DNA of 64,000 nt from an uncultured Corynebacterium sp. (lineage in GTDB: Bacteria; Actinomycetota; Actinomycetes; Mycobacteriales; Mycobacteriaceae), in the NCBI RefSeq assembly GCF_946221105.1, contig NZ_CAMICL010000002.1, forward strand, positions 14,541 through 78,540. Direction: 5' to 3'. Position 1 is the stretch's first letter. The number at the start of each line of letters is the position of its first letter. The notes below the pieces were generated by a model, which searched no databases, had not been told where the DNA came from, and saw nothing but the letters and a program-made list of their open reading frames with translations. Of this stretch, positions 1 through 8,321 are shown in pieces. Both the position numbers and the translations under genes were made by a program.

Positions 1-9
1 GACTCATGG

Positions 10-2367
10 CTACACCGTAACCGGCTCAGACTGCTGCGACTGTGACTGGTGCAGCTTCTCGCCCTCGATGTCCAGGTTCGGCAGCGCCTTGTCTAGCCAG
101 CCGGGGATCTTCCACGCGCGGTCGCCGAGCAGGTACATCGTGGCCGGGATGAGGGTCATGCGGACCACGAATGCGTCGATAAGCACACCTGCGGCGAGAG
201 CGAAGCCCATGGCCTTGATGAACGGCTCGTCGATGAGCACGAACGCCGCGAACACCGAGATCATGATCAACGCGGCCGCGGTGACCACGCGCGCGCCGTG
301 CTTGTAGCCGTTGGCCACCGCGTTGCCGGCGGTCTTGCCGCGGGAGACGTAGCCCTCGCGCATGCGGGTGACCAGGAAGACCTGGTAGTCCATGGCCAGG
401 CCGAAGGTCAGGCCGATGAGCATGATGGGTAGGAAGGACAGCAGCGGCTGCGGGTCCTCGATGAGCCCGAACATGCCCTCCTGGAAGATGGCCACGGTCA
501 CGCCGAAGGTCGCCGCCATGGACAGACCGAAGCCGAGCGCGGCGATCAGCGGGACCCAGATGGAGCGGAACACCAGCATGAGCACGATGAATGCGAGCCC
601 CAGGACGATGGCGATGTAGGGCACGAGCACGCTGGAAAGCATCTGCGAGATGTCGTCGAAGATCGGCGTGATGCCGGTGATGCCGAACGTGGCGCCGGTT
701 TCGTCCTCGAAGGGCTGCTTGAACTCGCGCAGGCGCTCCAGGGTGTCGGTGGTGGCCTGGTCGGTCGCGCCCGAGTTCGGCGTGATCAGGATCTGGGCGG
801 CGTCGAAGTTCTCGGTGGTCTGCACGATCTGGGCGTTGACCACGCCTTCGGTGCCGGCGAAGTCCTGCAGCAGCGTCTGGTAGGCACCCATACGGTCCTG
901 CTCAGCGACGTCTGCGGTGTCCACGTACGCAATCATCGGGGCGTTGCGGCCGTGGCCGAAGGCGTCGTCGATCAGCTCGTACGCTTCGCGCTGCGGGGAG
1001 CCGAGCTTCGCGGTGCCGTCCGTCGGCATGGCCAGGCGCAGGTTGGCGGCGGGGATAGCGAGGATGCCCAGCAGCAGCACACCCGCAATGAGGTTGAGCC
1101 ACGGGCGCTTGCGGATCTGGCGGGCCCACAACAGGCCCATGGTTGGCTTCTCGTCCTCCGGGTCCGGCACCTTCGGGCCGGGGATGCGGAACGCGAACGC
1201 GCGTGTGCCCAACAGGCCGAGCAGCGACGGCAGGAACGTCAGCGCCACTAGGACCGCGATGGCGACCGTCGCCGCGGCGGCCAGCGCCATGGTGGTCAGG
1301 AACGGGATGCGGATGATCGACAGGGCCGCAAGCGCGATGAGCACCGTAGTGCCCGCGAAGACGACGGAACCGCCCGCGGTGCCCAGCGCCATGCCCATGG
1401 CGTGGGCGCGCTTCGCCTTGTCCATCTTCTTCAGTTCTTGCGCCAGTTCCTTCGGCGAGAGGTCATTGAGGCCGGAGGACGAGATCAGCTCGTTGCGGAA
1501 GCGGGCGACGATGAACAGGGAGTAGTCGATGCCCACGGCAAGCCCGATCATGGACGCCAACGTCGGGGTCATGTCCGAGATCGAGTCGGTGAACAGGGTG
1601 CCCATCTGCACGCCGAGGATGCCCACGCCCACGCCGACGACCGCGGCGATCAGCGGCAGGCCCGCCGCGACCAGGGAACCGAAGGTGACCAACAGGACGA
1701 TCGCGGCGACGGCCATGCCGATCAGCTCGGAGGTGCCGTCCATCTCGCCGGCGCTGCTGAACGCGTTGCCGTTGTACTTCACGGTGAGAGCGGAGTCGTC
1801 GTAACGCTCGAGGATGCTCTCAACCTCGTCCAGGGTCTCTTCCGGGATGTCCATGATGGTGTCGTCGGTGAACGTGATGGACACGGTGCCGGTGGTCTCG
1901 TCCGGGCTCAGCGGCGACAGGGCCGCGAGGTCGGCGTCGATCTGCTCCTGGGGCATGCCCTGGGCCGCCTTGGCTTCGCCCATTTGCTTGGCCATGCCGC
2001 CGGCGGCGAGCACCGGGTTGACGATCGCGTCGGGTTCGCGGAAATCGCCGGTGGCCTTGAGCTCGTCGAGCATGGCGTCGACCTCGGCCATCACCTCCGG
2101 GTCCTTGAGCGTCTTGCCTTCGGGCGCCTTGATCACAACGCTTCCCGACGGCACACTCATCGCGTCATCGTCGGTGCCGAAGCGCTCGTTCATCTCCTCC
2201 TGCGTGACGGTGGAGTCCATGTCGGGCATGGAGAAGGTTGGGCTAGGGGACTTTGCAAAGTTCACGGCGCCGAAACCGAGGGCGCCCAAAAGGATCAGCC
2301 AAACGGCCAAAAACGGCCAGACTTTTTTGTATGACCAGCTGCCGAGCCGGTAAAGGAATTCAGACAT
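10..2367 (-). CDS. MmpL/RND-superfamily membrane transporter (CmpL-like, about 785 aa). Start taken at the internal ATG (MSEFLYRLG...).
   Basis: 791-aa ORF with multiple TM segments, a large periplasmic loop and a second TM bundle, typical of MmpL. The internal ATG at 2367 gives an N-terminus like other MmpL proteins. Confidence 0.85.
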   Translation of the reverse strand: MSEFLYRLGSWSYKKVWPFLAVWLILLGALGFGAVNFAKSPSPTFSMPDMDSTVTQEEMNERFGTDDDAMSVPSGSVVIKAPEGKTLKDPEVMAEVDAMLDELKATGDFREPDAIVNPVLAAGGMAKQMGEAKAAQGMPQEQIDADLAALSPLSPDETTGTVSITFTDDTIMDIPEETLDEVESILERYDDSALTVKYNGNAFSSAGEMDGTSELIGMAVAAIVLLVTFGSLVAAGLPLIAAVVGVGVGILGVQMGTLFTDSISDMTPTLASMIGLAVGIDYSLFIVARFRNELISSSGLNDLSPKELAQELKKMDKAKRAHAMGMALGTAGGSVVFAGTTVLIALAALSIIRIPFLTTMALAAAATVAIAVLVALTFLPSLLGLLGTRAFAFRIPGPKVPDPEDEKPTMGLLWARQIRKRPWLNLIAGVLLLGILAIPAANLRLAMPTDGTAKLGSPQREAYELIDDAFGHGRNAPMIAYVDTADVAEQDRMGAYQTLLQDFAGTEGVVNAQIVQTTENFDAAQILITPNSGATDQATTDTLERLREFKQPFEDETGATFGITGITPIFDDISQMLSSVLVPYIAIVLGLAFIVLMLVFRSIWVPLIAALGFGLSMAATFGVTVAIFQEGMFGLIEDPQPLLSFLPIMLIGLTFGLAMDYQVFLVTRMREGYVSRGKTAGNAVANGYKHGARVVTAAALIMISVFAAFVLIDEPFIKAMGFALAAGVLIDAFVVRMTLIPATMYLLGDRAWKIPGWLDKALPNLDIEGEKLHQSQSQQSEPVTV

Positions 2368-2368
2368 G

Positions 2369-2405
2369 TTGCACACAGTACGCAAAGTTGCGCAGCGTGT
2401 GCAAT
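2369..2405. promoter_or_regulatory. Nested palindrome TTGCACAC-N4-CGCAAAGTTGCG-N4-GTGTGCAA. Candidate operator or hairpin between the MmpL start and the ATPase stop.
   Basis: 8-bp outer inverted arms with an inner CGCAA-ag-TTGCG palindrome, read directly from the sequence. Confidence 0.35.
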
Positions 2406-2423
2406 GTTTGCGGGTGGGGGGTG

Positions 2424-3554
2424 CTAATCCCAGCCGGTGTCGCGCGTGGCGCGCTGGTTGAGGTGGTGGCCCATGTGGGGAATGACAAAGTTGAGCACGC
2501 CCCGGCGAGGGGAGTAGATCAGCTCGCGGTCGATGAGCTTCTGTCGCACCATGGAGACTTGCTGGACGCGTTTGCCCAGGTGCTGCGCGATGGCCGCACT
2601 TGGTACTGCCTGCTGGCCATCCTGAATTTCAGCCATCGCTTCAAGATATTCGAGCTCGGCGACGGGCAGGTGCAGCAGCGCTGGTTGGTGGACCAAATCG
2701 CCCAGTGTTTTCAACACGTCTGGGGTCACTGCCTCGAGGTCGTCGTGGGAGACGGGCTGGTCCCGGCGGTTCGCACGCTCGAATAAGTGGTAGCCGAGGA
2801 GCTGGATCAAAAAGGGGTAGCCGCGGGTCAGCACCGCGGCGTCCGTGAGTACCCCGTCGGGGATCTCCACGCCACCTTGCGCGGCGGTATCCCGAAGCAC
2901 CGTCAATGTTTCAGTCGGTGTCATTGGGGCGAGCACGGCGTGTTGAGCGCGGCGCAGAAACGTGGTCCCCGGGTGCTGTAGCAGCGACTCCACACCGTCA
3001 GGCAATCCGGCGGCGGCGAAGGCGATGTCGCGCCCGTCCCGGCGCAGATCCTGCACCGCGGCCGTGAGTTGCCACAACTCTTTCGCGTTGACACTTTGGA
3101 CTTCGTCCAGGGTGATCAGTACACCGGATTCGGGCGGCAGCTCGTCGCAAAGCGTGTTCAGTGAACCGATCAAGGAGGGGGCCGGCTTGTCGCCTGGGGC
3201 GGCGGTGGTGGAAAAGCCGCCGATGCCGGAGACCGTCACCCCTGTGATTCGGCGCCGGTCCGGATTCTGCTGCCGGAGCGTGGCGAGCGCCTGCGGGATC
3301 ACGGTGGCAACCAGCGGTTCGATCAGCTCGTACGGCTGAGCGCGTAGCACGATCCAGCCATGGTCGGCGGCTTCGTCTTCGAGCTCGTTGAGCGCGACCG
3401 TCTTACCGATGCCACGCGGCCCAGAGACGAGCAGGGTTCGCCGCGGGTCGCCAGGCCCGCCGTCCAGGCCGGCGCCGAAGCTGCGTGTGAGGCTGTCGTC
3501 GCCGCCGAGCACGACGGGTGAAACGCCGAACGTGGGGATGAAGGGATTACGCAT
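2424..3554 (-). CDS. AAA+ ATPase of the Arch_ATPase/ATPase_2 type with a C-terminal winged-HTH DNA-binding domain.
   Basis: Walker A GPRGIGKT preceded by an FG..L.GG motif, and a C-terminal HTH-like segment. Strong RBS AAGGAGG 6 nt upstream of the ATG at 3554. Confidence 0.75.
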   Translation of the reverse strand: MRNPFIPTFGVSPVVLGGDDSLTRSFGAGLDGGPGDPRRTLLVSGPRGIGKTVALNELEDEAADHGWIVLRAQPYELIEPLVATVIPQALATLRQQNPDRRRITGVTVSGIGGFSTTAAPGDKPAPSLIGSLNTLCDELPPESGVLITLDEVQSVNAKELWQLTAAVQDLRRDGRDIAFAAAGLPDGVESLLQHPGTTFLRRAQHAVLAPMTPTETLTVLRDTAAQGGVEIPDGVLTDAAVLTRGYPFLIQLLGYHLFERANRRDQPVSHDDLEAVTPDVLKTLGDLVHQPALLHLPVAELEYLEAMAEIQDGQQAVPSAAIAQHLGKRVQQVSMVRQKLIDRELIYSPRRGVLNFVIPHMGHHLNQRATRDTGWD

Positions 3555-3568
3555 CCGTGCCTCCTTGA

Positions 3569-3614
3569 GTCTTTATACTCTTTATACACTCGGAGGTCTT
3601 TATACTCTTTATAC
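3569..3614. repeat. Two perfect 19-bp direct repeats GTCTTTATACTCTTTATAC separated by 8 bp. On the minus strand this gives GTATAAAGAGTATAAAGAC twice, i.e. four TATAAAG units.
   Basis: Direct reading of 3569-3587 and 3596-3614. AT-rich element immediately upstream of the ATPase RBS. Confidence 0.8.
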
Positions 3615-3722
3615 TGCCAGCTTGGCGGTGATATTCGTGTTACTCGCCGCGCATGAGCGCGAGCTCGCAGCAGCGATGGGGCGAAGGCACCGGCAGGAAA
3701 CGCTCGGTGAGGTGTTGCTGCG

Positions 3723-3908
3723 TCACAGCAGCACCCCGATGCCGCGCACAACCGAATCCCACAGGCCGATCACGGAAAAGCTGAGGTCAGCAAGCGATTG
3801 TTGCCAGGAAGCGGGCAGGAAATTGTTACTGATGTCGGTGGTCAGCATAATGCGCAGATCCTCCGCGCCGTGGTGCATGTTGTAGGTCAGCTGCGAGCTC
3901 AAATTCAT
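3723..3908 (-). CDS. Putative small protein of 61 aa (MNLSSQLTYNMHHGAEDLRIML...). Function unknown.
   Basis: ORF with strong GC3 codon bias inside an otherwise non-coding 475-bp low-GC gap. No convincing SD sequence. Confidence 0.25.
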   Translation of the reverse strand: MNLSSQLTYNMHHGAEDLRIMLTTDISNNFLPASWQQSLADLSFSVIGLWDSVVRGIGVLL

Positions 3909-4030
3909 GCCGACGATGCTACGCCCGCTCCTTGGCGCCCCTCTGGGTAACCGTACGAACATTCCATTTTGCAGGCCTTATAGGAGTGACTACCGTCAGG
4001 TATATAACAACCGAATCAAGGAGGGGCACC

Positions 4031-5536
4031 GTGACCACAGCAGTCGCACCTGCAGCAAGCACAGAGCAACAACCCGCGAAAAAAGAACGCAACACCGGCA
4101 AGATCATCGCGTTCATCTTGGCGTTTGTGGCACTCGGCGTGGTGGTGATGCTGCCGATCGCGGGCCTGGCCATGCCGGCGAAGATCGCACTCGGCATGCT
4201 GGCCTTCGCCGTGATCATGTGGGTCACCGAGGCGGTGTCCTACTCGGTTTCCGCCGTGATCATCGTCGGCCTGATCGCGATCATGCTCACCTTCGCCACC
4301 GACCCGGAGACAGGGCAGGCGGTCGGCGCGTCCAAGGGCTTGAGCATCGCAATGAGCGGCTTCTCGTCGTCCGCGGTGGCGCTCGTGGGCGCGGCGCTCG
4401 CGCTGGCCACGGCCATGCAGGCCACGGGGCTGCACCGCAGGCTCGCGCTCTACGTGCTCAAGACTGCGGGCGAGAAGGTCTCCAACATCGTCATCGGCGC
4501 GATTGCCATCTCCATCATCCTGGCGTTCTTCGTCCCCTCCGCAACGGCGCGCGCCGGCGCCGTGGTGCCGATCCTCATGGGCATGGTGGCCGCGTTCGGC
4601 CTGGCCAAGGAGTCGAAGCTGGCGGCGCTGCTGGTGATCACCGCGACGCAGGCGGTGTCCATCTGGAACGTCGGCATCAAGACCGCCGCGGCGCAGAACC
4701 TGGTGGCCGTCGGCTTCATCGAGGATCAGCTGGAACAGACCGTCTCCTGGGGCCAGTGGTTCCTGTGGGCCGCGCCCTGGTCTGTGCTGATGTCGATCGC
4801 GCTGTTTTTCATCATGCGCTGGGCGATCAAGCCGGAGGCTGAGGCGATTGAGGGCGGGCGGGAGCTCGTCGAGAAGCAACTTGCAGAGATGGGCCCGATG
4901 ACCGGCGCCGAGAAGCGCCTCACCGCGATCGCAGTCGCGCTGCTGCTGTTCTGGGCGACCGAGGGTGTGCTGCACCCGATCAGCTCCGCCACCATCACCA
5001 TCGTTGCGGTGGGCATCATGCTTACCCCGATTATCGGCGTGATGGACTGGAAGTACGCGCAAGAGCACATCAACTGGGGCACCCTGGTCGTCTTCGCCGC
5101 CGGCATCTCGCTGGGCAAGTTCCTGCTGGACACGGGCGCGGCGACCTGGCTGTCGGAGGCCACGTTCGGTGCCATCGGCCTCGCCTCCATGCCGATCGTT
5201 GCCACGATCGCGCTGGTGAGCCTGTTTAACATCCTCATCCACCTGGGCTTCGCCTCGGCGACCTCGCTGGCGTCCGCGCTGATCCCCGTGTTCATTGCGC
5301 TGGCGGCCACCCTGGACGTGCCCAACAACGGCATCGGGTTTGTGATCATCCAGCAGTTCGTCATCTGCTTCGGCTTCCTGCTGCCGGTCTCCGCGCCGCA
5401 GAACATGCTGGCCTACGGCACCGGCGCGTTCACCGCCAAGCAGTTCCTGCGCACCGGTATCCCGCTGACGATCGTGGGCTACCTGCTCATCCTGCTGCTG
5501 TCGGCGACGTACTGGAGCTGGATCGGTCTGGTCTAG
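4031..5536 (+). CDS. DASS/SLC13-family (ArsB/NhaD-like) anion:cation symporter.
   Basis: About 500-aa polytopic membrane protein with the internal repeat architecture typical of DASS permeases. GTG start at 4031 with RBS AAGGAGG 6 nt upstream. Confidence 0.7.
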   Translation: MTTAVAPAASTEQQPAKKERNTGKIIAFILAFVALGVVVMLPIAGLAMPAKIALGMLAFAVIMWVTEAVSYSVSAVIIVGLIAIMLTFATDPETGQAVGASKGLSIAMSGFSSSAVALVGAALALATAMQATGLHRRLALYVLKTAGEKVSNIVIGAIAISIILAFFVPSATARAGAVVPILMGMVAAFGLAKESKLAALLVITATQAVSIWNVGIKTAAAQNLVAVGFIEDQLEQTVSWGQWFLWAAPWSVLMSIALFFIMRWAIKPEAEAIEGGRELVEKQLAEMGPMTGAEKRLTAIAVALLLFWATEGVLHPISSATITIVAVGIMLTPIIGVMDWKYAQEHINWGTLVVFAAGISLGKFLLDTGAATWLSEATFGAIGLASMPIVATIALVSLFNILIHLGFASATSLASALIPVFIALAATLDVPNNGIGFVIIQQFVICFGFLLPVSAPQNMLAYGTGAFTAKQFLRTGIPLTIVGYLLILLLSATYWSWIGLV

Positions 5537-5929
5537 CTACTCCACAATCAGGCCCAGGTGCAGCGCGGAAAGCTCGTGCTCGCCTGGGCCTTTCGGCAGC
5601 TCGGCGAGTTCTTTGGCCGTCGCGGGCGTGACCGGGATGATCCACCCGAGCTTCGGGTCCAGCACGGGCACGGCCTCGCGGCCAACCGGCACGAAGGTGA
5701 CGTCGCGTTCGTCTCCGTGCCGCAGCTGTACCGCGCCACCTGCGGCGATGCGATCCAGCGCGGCCGCCGAGGTGGTCACAATGACCATCTTCTCCTCGGT
5801 GTCGGGGGAGAGTTTCGCGGTGTGCACCTTAAGCTTGTCGACGTCCAAAGGTTCAAACCGGTCCGGAAAATCCACCAGCGGCGTGTGGCCGAGGCCGAGG
5901 AGCTGGCGCGCGCGACTGAGAAGTCCCAT
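5537..5929 (-). CDS. Hypothetical protein of about 130 aa.
   Basis: Internal ATG (MGLLSRARQ...) of the 182-aa ORF. The longer N-terminal extension would overlap the HNH gene. Confidence 0.45.
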   Translation of the reverse strand: MGLLSRARQLLGLGHTPLVDFPDRFEPLDVDKLKVHTAKLSPDTEEKMVIVTTSAAALDRIAAGGAVQLRHGDERDVTFVPVGREAVPVLDPKLGWIIPVTPATAKELAELPKGPGEHELSALHLGLIVE

Positions 5930-5954
5930 GCTGGCTGAGTGTATAGGGCCGACG

Positions 5955-7013
5955 CTAGTGAAAGAGCAGGCGCATCGCCCCGAACTGGTGGTACGGGTTC
6001 GGGACCGCGTGGCCCCTGGGTGAGACCCATACCGGCATCCCGCCGATGAAGCGCACGCGGCCGCGTTTGTTGATGTGCGCGTCATCGTCGTTCGTCCGGT
6101 TGTGGTACGGGCACAGCATGGCCAGATTGTTCATGTTCGTCTCGCCGCCGTGCTTCCACGGCACGACGTGGTGCACCTCGCAGTGGTCGGCGGCGTGGCG
6201 GCAGTCGGGAACCAGGCACACCGGGGAGGTCGCCTTAGCCAGGATGCGCTGCTTCCAGTTCGCGTGGCGTTGGCCCGTATACAGATTCACCGCGCCTTCC
6301 TCCGGGTGGAATAGCGCGACCTGGAGTTTGTCGCCGGCGAGGTGCTGCAGGTACTCGGCGCCCGTGATGGTAGTGCCGTCGGTCAGCCCCAGGATCGTTT
6401 CGTCGCCGTCGCCCGCGAGGATGCGGACGTGGTCCTCGAGCGGCACCAGAATCAGCGGGGTGGGGGAGGCGGTGGGGACGCTGTCGCCGTCGCGAAGCAA
6501 TGCGACAAAACGCTCGAGCATTTGCGGGCCGGCGGGTTTGGAGGTGTCGATGCCGCGGCGCAGGGCCGCTTCGAGGTCGGCGAGGAAACACTCGTCGAAG
6601 ATGATGCGCAGCACGCGTTTGCCGTCGACGGACTTGGAAAACGAGATCAAATCCTTCCGCGGCTTCTTCTTCGCCGGGATCAGCTCCTTCGCGGCGCGTT
6701 CGAGCGACTTGTATCGCCTCGACGCCTTGAGCAGCGCCAAGCGCAGCCGCCAGCGTGTGCCCTCGTGTGTGATGGGTTTGAGGCGGCGCTCGATCATGGC
6801 CAGCTGCTCCACGGAAAAGTCCCCTTCGCGGGCCCTCTTCAAGGCTTTGCGTTGCTGTTTGGTGTGCCTGGTGCGGCCGAAGTAGACCTTTTCCATCTGC
6901 TGCCAGGCGGTGGCGGTGGTCGGGCTCATGCCGATGGAAAGGGCGGTGTCGCGGTCAAAGTTTTCAAGGTGGTCGACGGTCGGGCGGTTTTGGACGAAGT
7001 GTTGGAAGCTCAT
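5955..7013 (-). CDS. HNH endonuclease signature-motif protein (DUF222/13E12-repeat family).
   Basis: C-terminal HNH motif CxxC...HH...N...C...H (CEVHHVVPWKHGGETNMNNLAMLCPYHN) and a DUF222-like N-terminal region. ATG at 7013; the ORF's M1 is a TTG. Confidence 0.8.
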   Translation of the reverse strand: MSFQHFVQNRPTVDHLENFDRDTALSIGMSPTTATAWQQMEKVYFGRTRHTKQQRKALKRAREGDFSVEQLAMIERRLKPITHEGTRWRLRLALLKASRRYKSLERAAKELIPAKKKPRKDLISFSKSVDGKRVLRIIFDECFLADLEAALRRGIDTSKPAGPQMLERFVALLRDGDSVPTASPTPLILVPLEDHVRILAGDGDETILGLTDGTTITGAEYLQHLAGDKLQVALFHPEEGAVNLYTGQRHANWKQRILAKATSPVCLVPDCRHAADHCEVHHVVPWKHGGETNMNNLAMLCPYHNRTNDDDAHINKRGRVRFIGGMPVWVSPRGHAVPNPYHQFGAMRLLFH

Positions 7014-7061
7014 GCGGGCAAACCTAAACGCAAAAAGCAACCCCGCAAGGCCCCGCAAACG

Positions 7062-7108
7062 AAATCTGTGGATAACCCACGTTAGCTCGCCGAGTTATCC
7101 ACAGATTT
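7062..7108. promoter_or_regulatory. Perfect 15-bp inverted repeat AAATCTGTGGATAAC-N17-GTTATCCACAGATTT. Each arm contains the consensus DnaA box TTATCCACA.
   Basis: Direct reading of 7062-7076 and 7094-7108, lying between the divergent HNH and yihY genes. Confidence 0.6.
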
Positions 7109-7166
7109 GGAAACGCTGGGAACCCGCGCACAGTTTCGCCACCACACCCCGGTTACAGTGTCTGAC

Positions 7167-8279
7167 ATGGCAGAAAAGGGCACCACCTACCGCGCTGAGC
7201 TGGTCATGCCGTACGGCACCAGCGACGTGGTCGTCTCCCCGCACGACTACGAATCCCCGCTGGGCACTCGGCTCACGCGTGCCGGCTGGAAGTCGGTGCT
7301 GCGCCGCATCGTCACCGACTTTGCCAACGACGCCATGGTGGACCGCGCCGCCGCGATGACGTACTACACGCTGCTGTCTGTAGCGCCGATGCTGCTGGCG
7401 TCGTACTCCATCTTCAGCCTGCTCATGCCTCGTGAGGAGGACGCCCCGGATTCACTGCTCGCCGAGCTGATCAGCTCGTACGTGCCCGCGGAGCTGCAGG
7501 AGGATGCGCTGGCGTTGGTGTTGTCGATCGTCGGGACGCCGTCGCAAAGCACGATTGCTCTTGTGGTCTCTGTGCTGATCTCGCTGCTGTCCGCGTCGGG
7601 CTATGTGCGGTCGTTTTCGCGCAACGCGAACCTCATGTACGGCCGCACCGAAGGCCGCCCGATCGTGGTCACGTGGGCCACGATGTGGCTGGTCACGCTC
7701 GTGCTCGTCGTTGGCGCAGTGGTGATTATCTTGGGTGCATTGCTTACCGACGGCATCGTCAACGCCGTCCTCGGCCCCATCGCACGGCCGCTGCAGCTGG
7801 AAGACGAGCTGGAGTACCTCACCTCGATCTTCCTGCCTGTGTGGGACTACCTGCGCGGACCCGTGATCGCGGTGGTGGCGGTCGCGCTAGTTAGCGTGCT
7901 TTACCACTTCACGCCGAACGTGCGGCCGGGGCGGTTCCGCGTGCTCACGCTCGGCTCGGCGCTGGCGCTCACGGTGGGCAGCGCGCTGTGGGTCGGCTTT
8001 GGCTGGTACCTGAAGCTGGTCGGCGTGCGCAGCACCTACGGCGCGTTCGGAACGGTGCTTGCGGTGCTGGTGCTGGTGTGGACGGTCAACGTGGTGCTGC
8101 TGATGGGCGTGAAGATCGACGCCGAGGTGCTGCGCGCCAAAGAGCTGCAGGCGGGGATGGATTCGCGCCGCTGCATCCAGGCGCCGCCGCGCTCCAGCAG
8201 AGGCGCGGCGGGGCGACTGCAGATGCGGCGGTGGACCGACCGGGCAGCCGAGGAAATTACTGACCAAAGTCGCGCTTGA
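7167..8279 (+). CDS. YihY/BrkB-family inner membrane protein.
   Basis: MTYYTLLSVAPMLL motif and six TM helices. The ORF-track start at 7107 is a TTG; the first ATG is at 7167. The start is uncertain. Confidence 0.75.
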   Translation: MAEKGTTYRAELVMPYGTSDVVVSPHDYESPLGTRLTRAGWKSVLRRIVTDFANDAMVDRAAAMTYYTLLSVAPMLLASYSIFSLLMPREEDAPDSLLAELISSYVPAELQEDALALVLSIVGTPSQSTIALVVSVLISLLSASGYVRSFSRNANLMYGRTEGRPIVVTWATMWLVTLVLVVGAVVIILGALLTDGIVNAVLGPIARPLQLEDELEYLTSIFLPVWDYLRGPVIAVVAVALVSVLYHFTPNVRPGRFRVLTLGSALALTVGSALWVGFGWYLKLVGVRSTYGAFGTVLAVLVLVWTVNVVLLMGVKIDAEVLRAKELQAGMDSRRCIQAPPRSSRGAAGRLQMRRWTDRAAEEITDQSRA

Positions 8280-8289
8280 ACACCGTTCA
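8277..8289. promoter_or_regulatory. TGAAC-ACC-GTTCA palindrome, the BioQ-type operator motif, 27 bp upstream of bioA.
   Basis: Matches the TGAAC-N3-GTTCA BioQ motif described for C. glutamicum bio genes. It overlaps the yihY stop codon. Confidence 0.55.
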
Positions 8290-8321
8290 AAACTTGCGGT
8301 GAGCTGCTAAGGTTCGTGGAC

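Noticed and set aside
1402-2334. Many long ORFs in the six-frame track on the opposite strand or out of frame within real genes (e.g. 1402-2334, 4016-5242, 10036-10658, 30586-32328, 32512-34653, 61440-63038)
   Set aside because: These are antisense or frame-shifted open frames, expected in a genome with roughly 66% GC where stop codons are rare. Their translations are Arg/Ala/Gly/Pro-rich with no motifs, and each overlaps a gene with strong homology signatures.
5955-7058. Calling the DUF222 HNH gene a mobile element
   Set aside because: There is no transposase or integrase, and no terminal inverted repeats or target-site duplication typical of an IS element. I therefore annotated it as a CDS within a putative accessory pocket.
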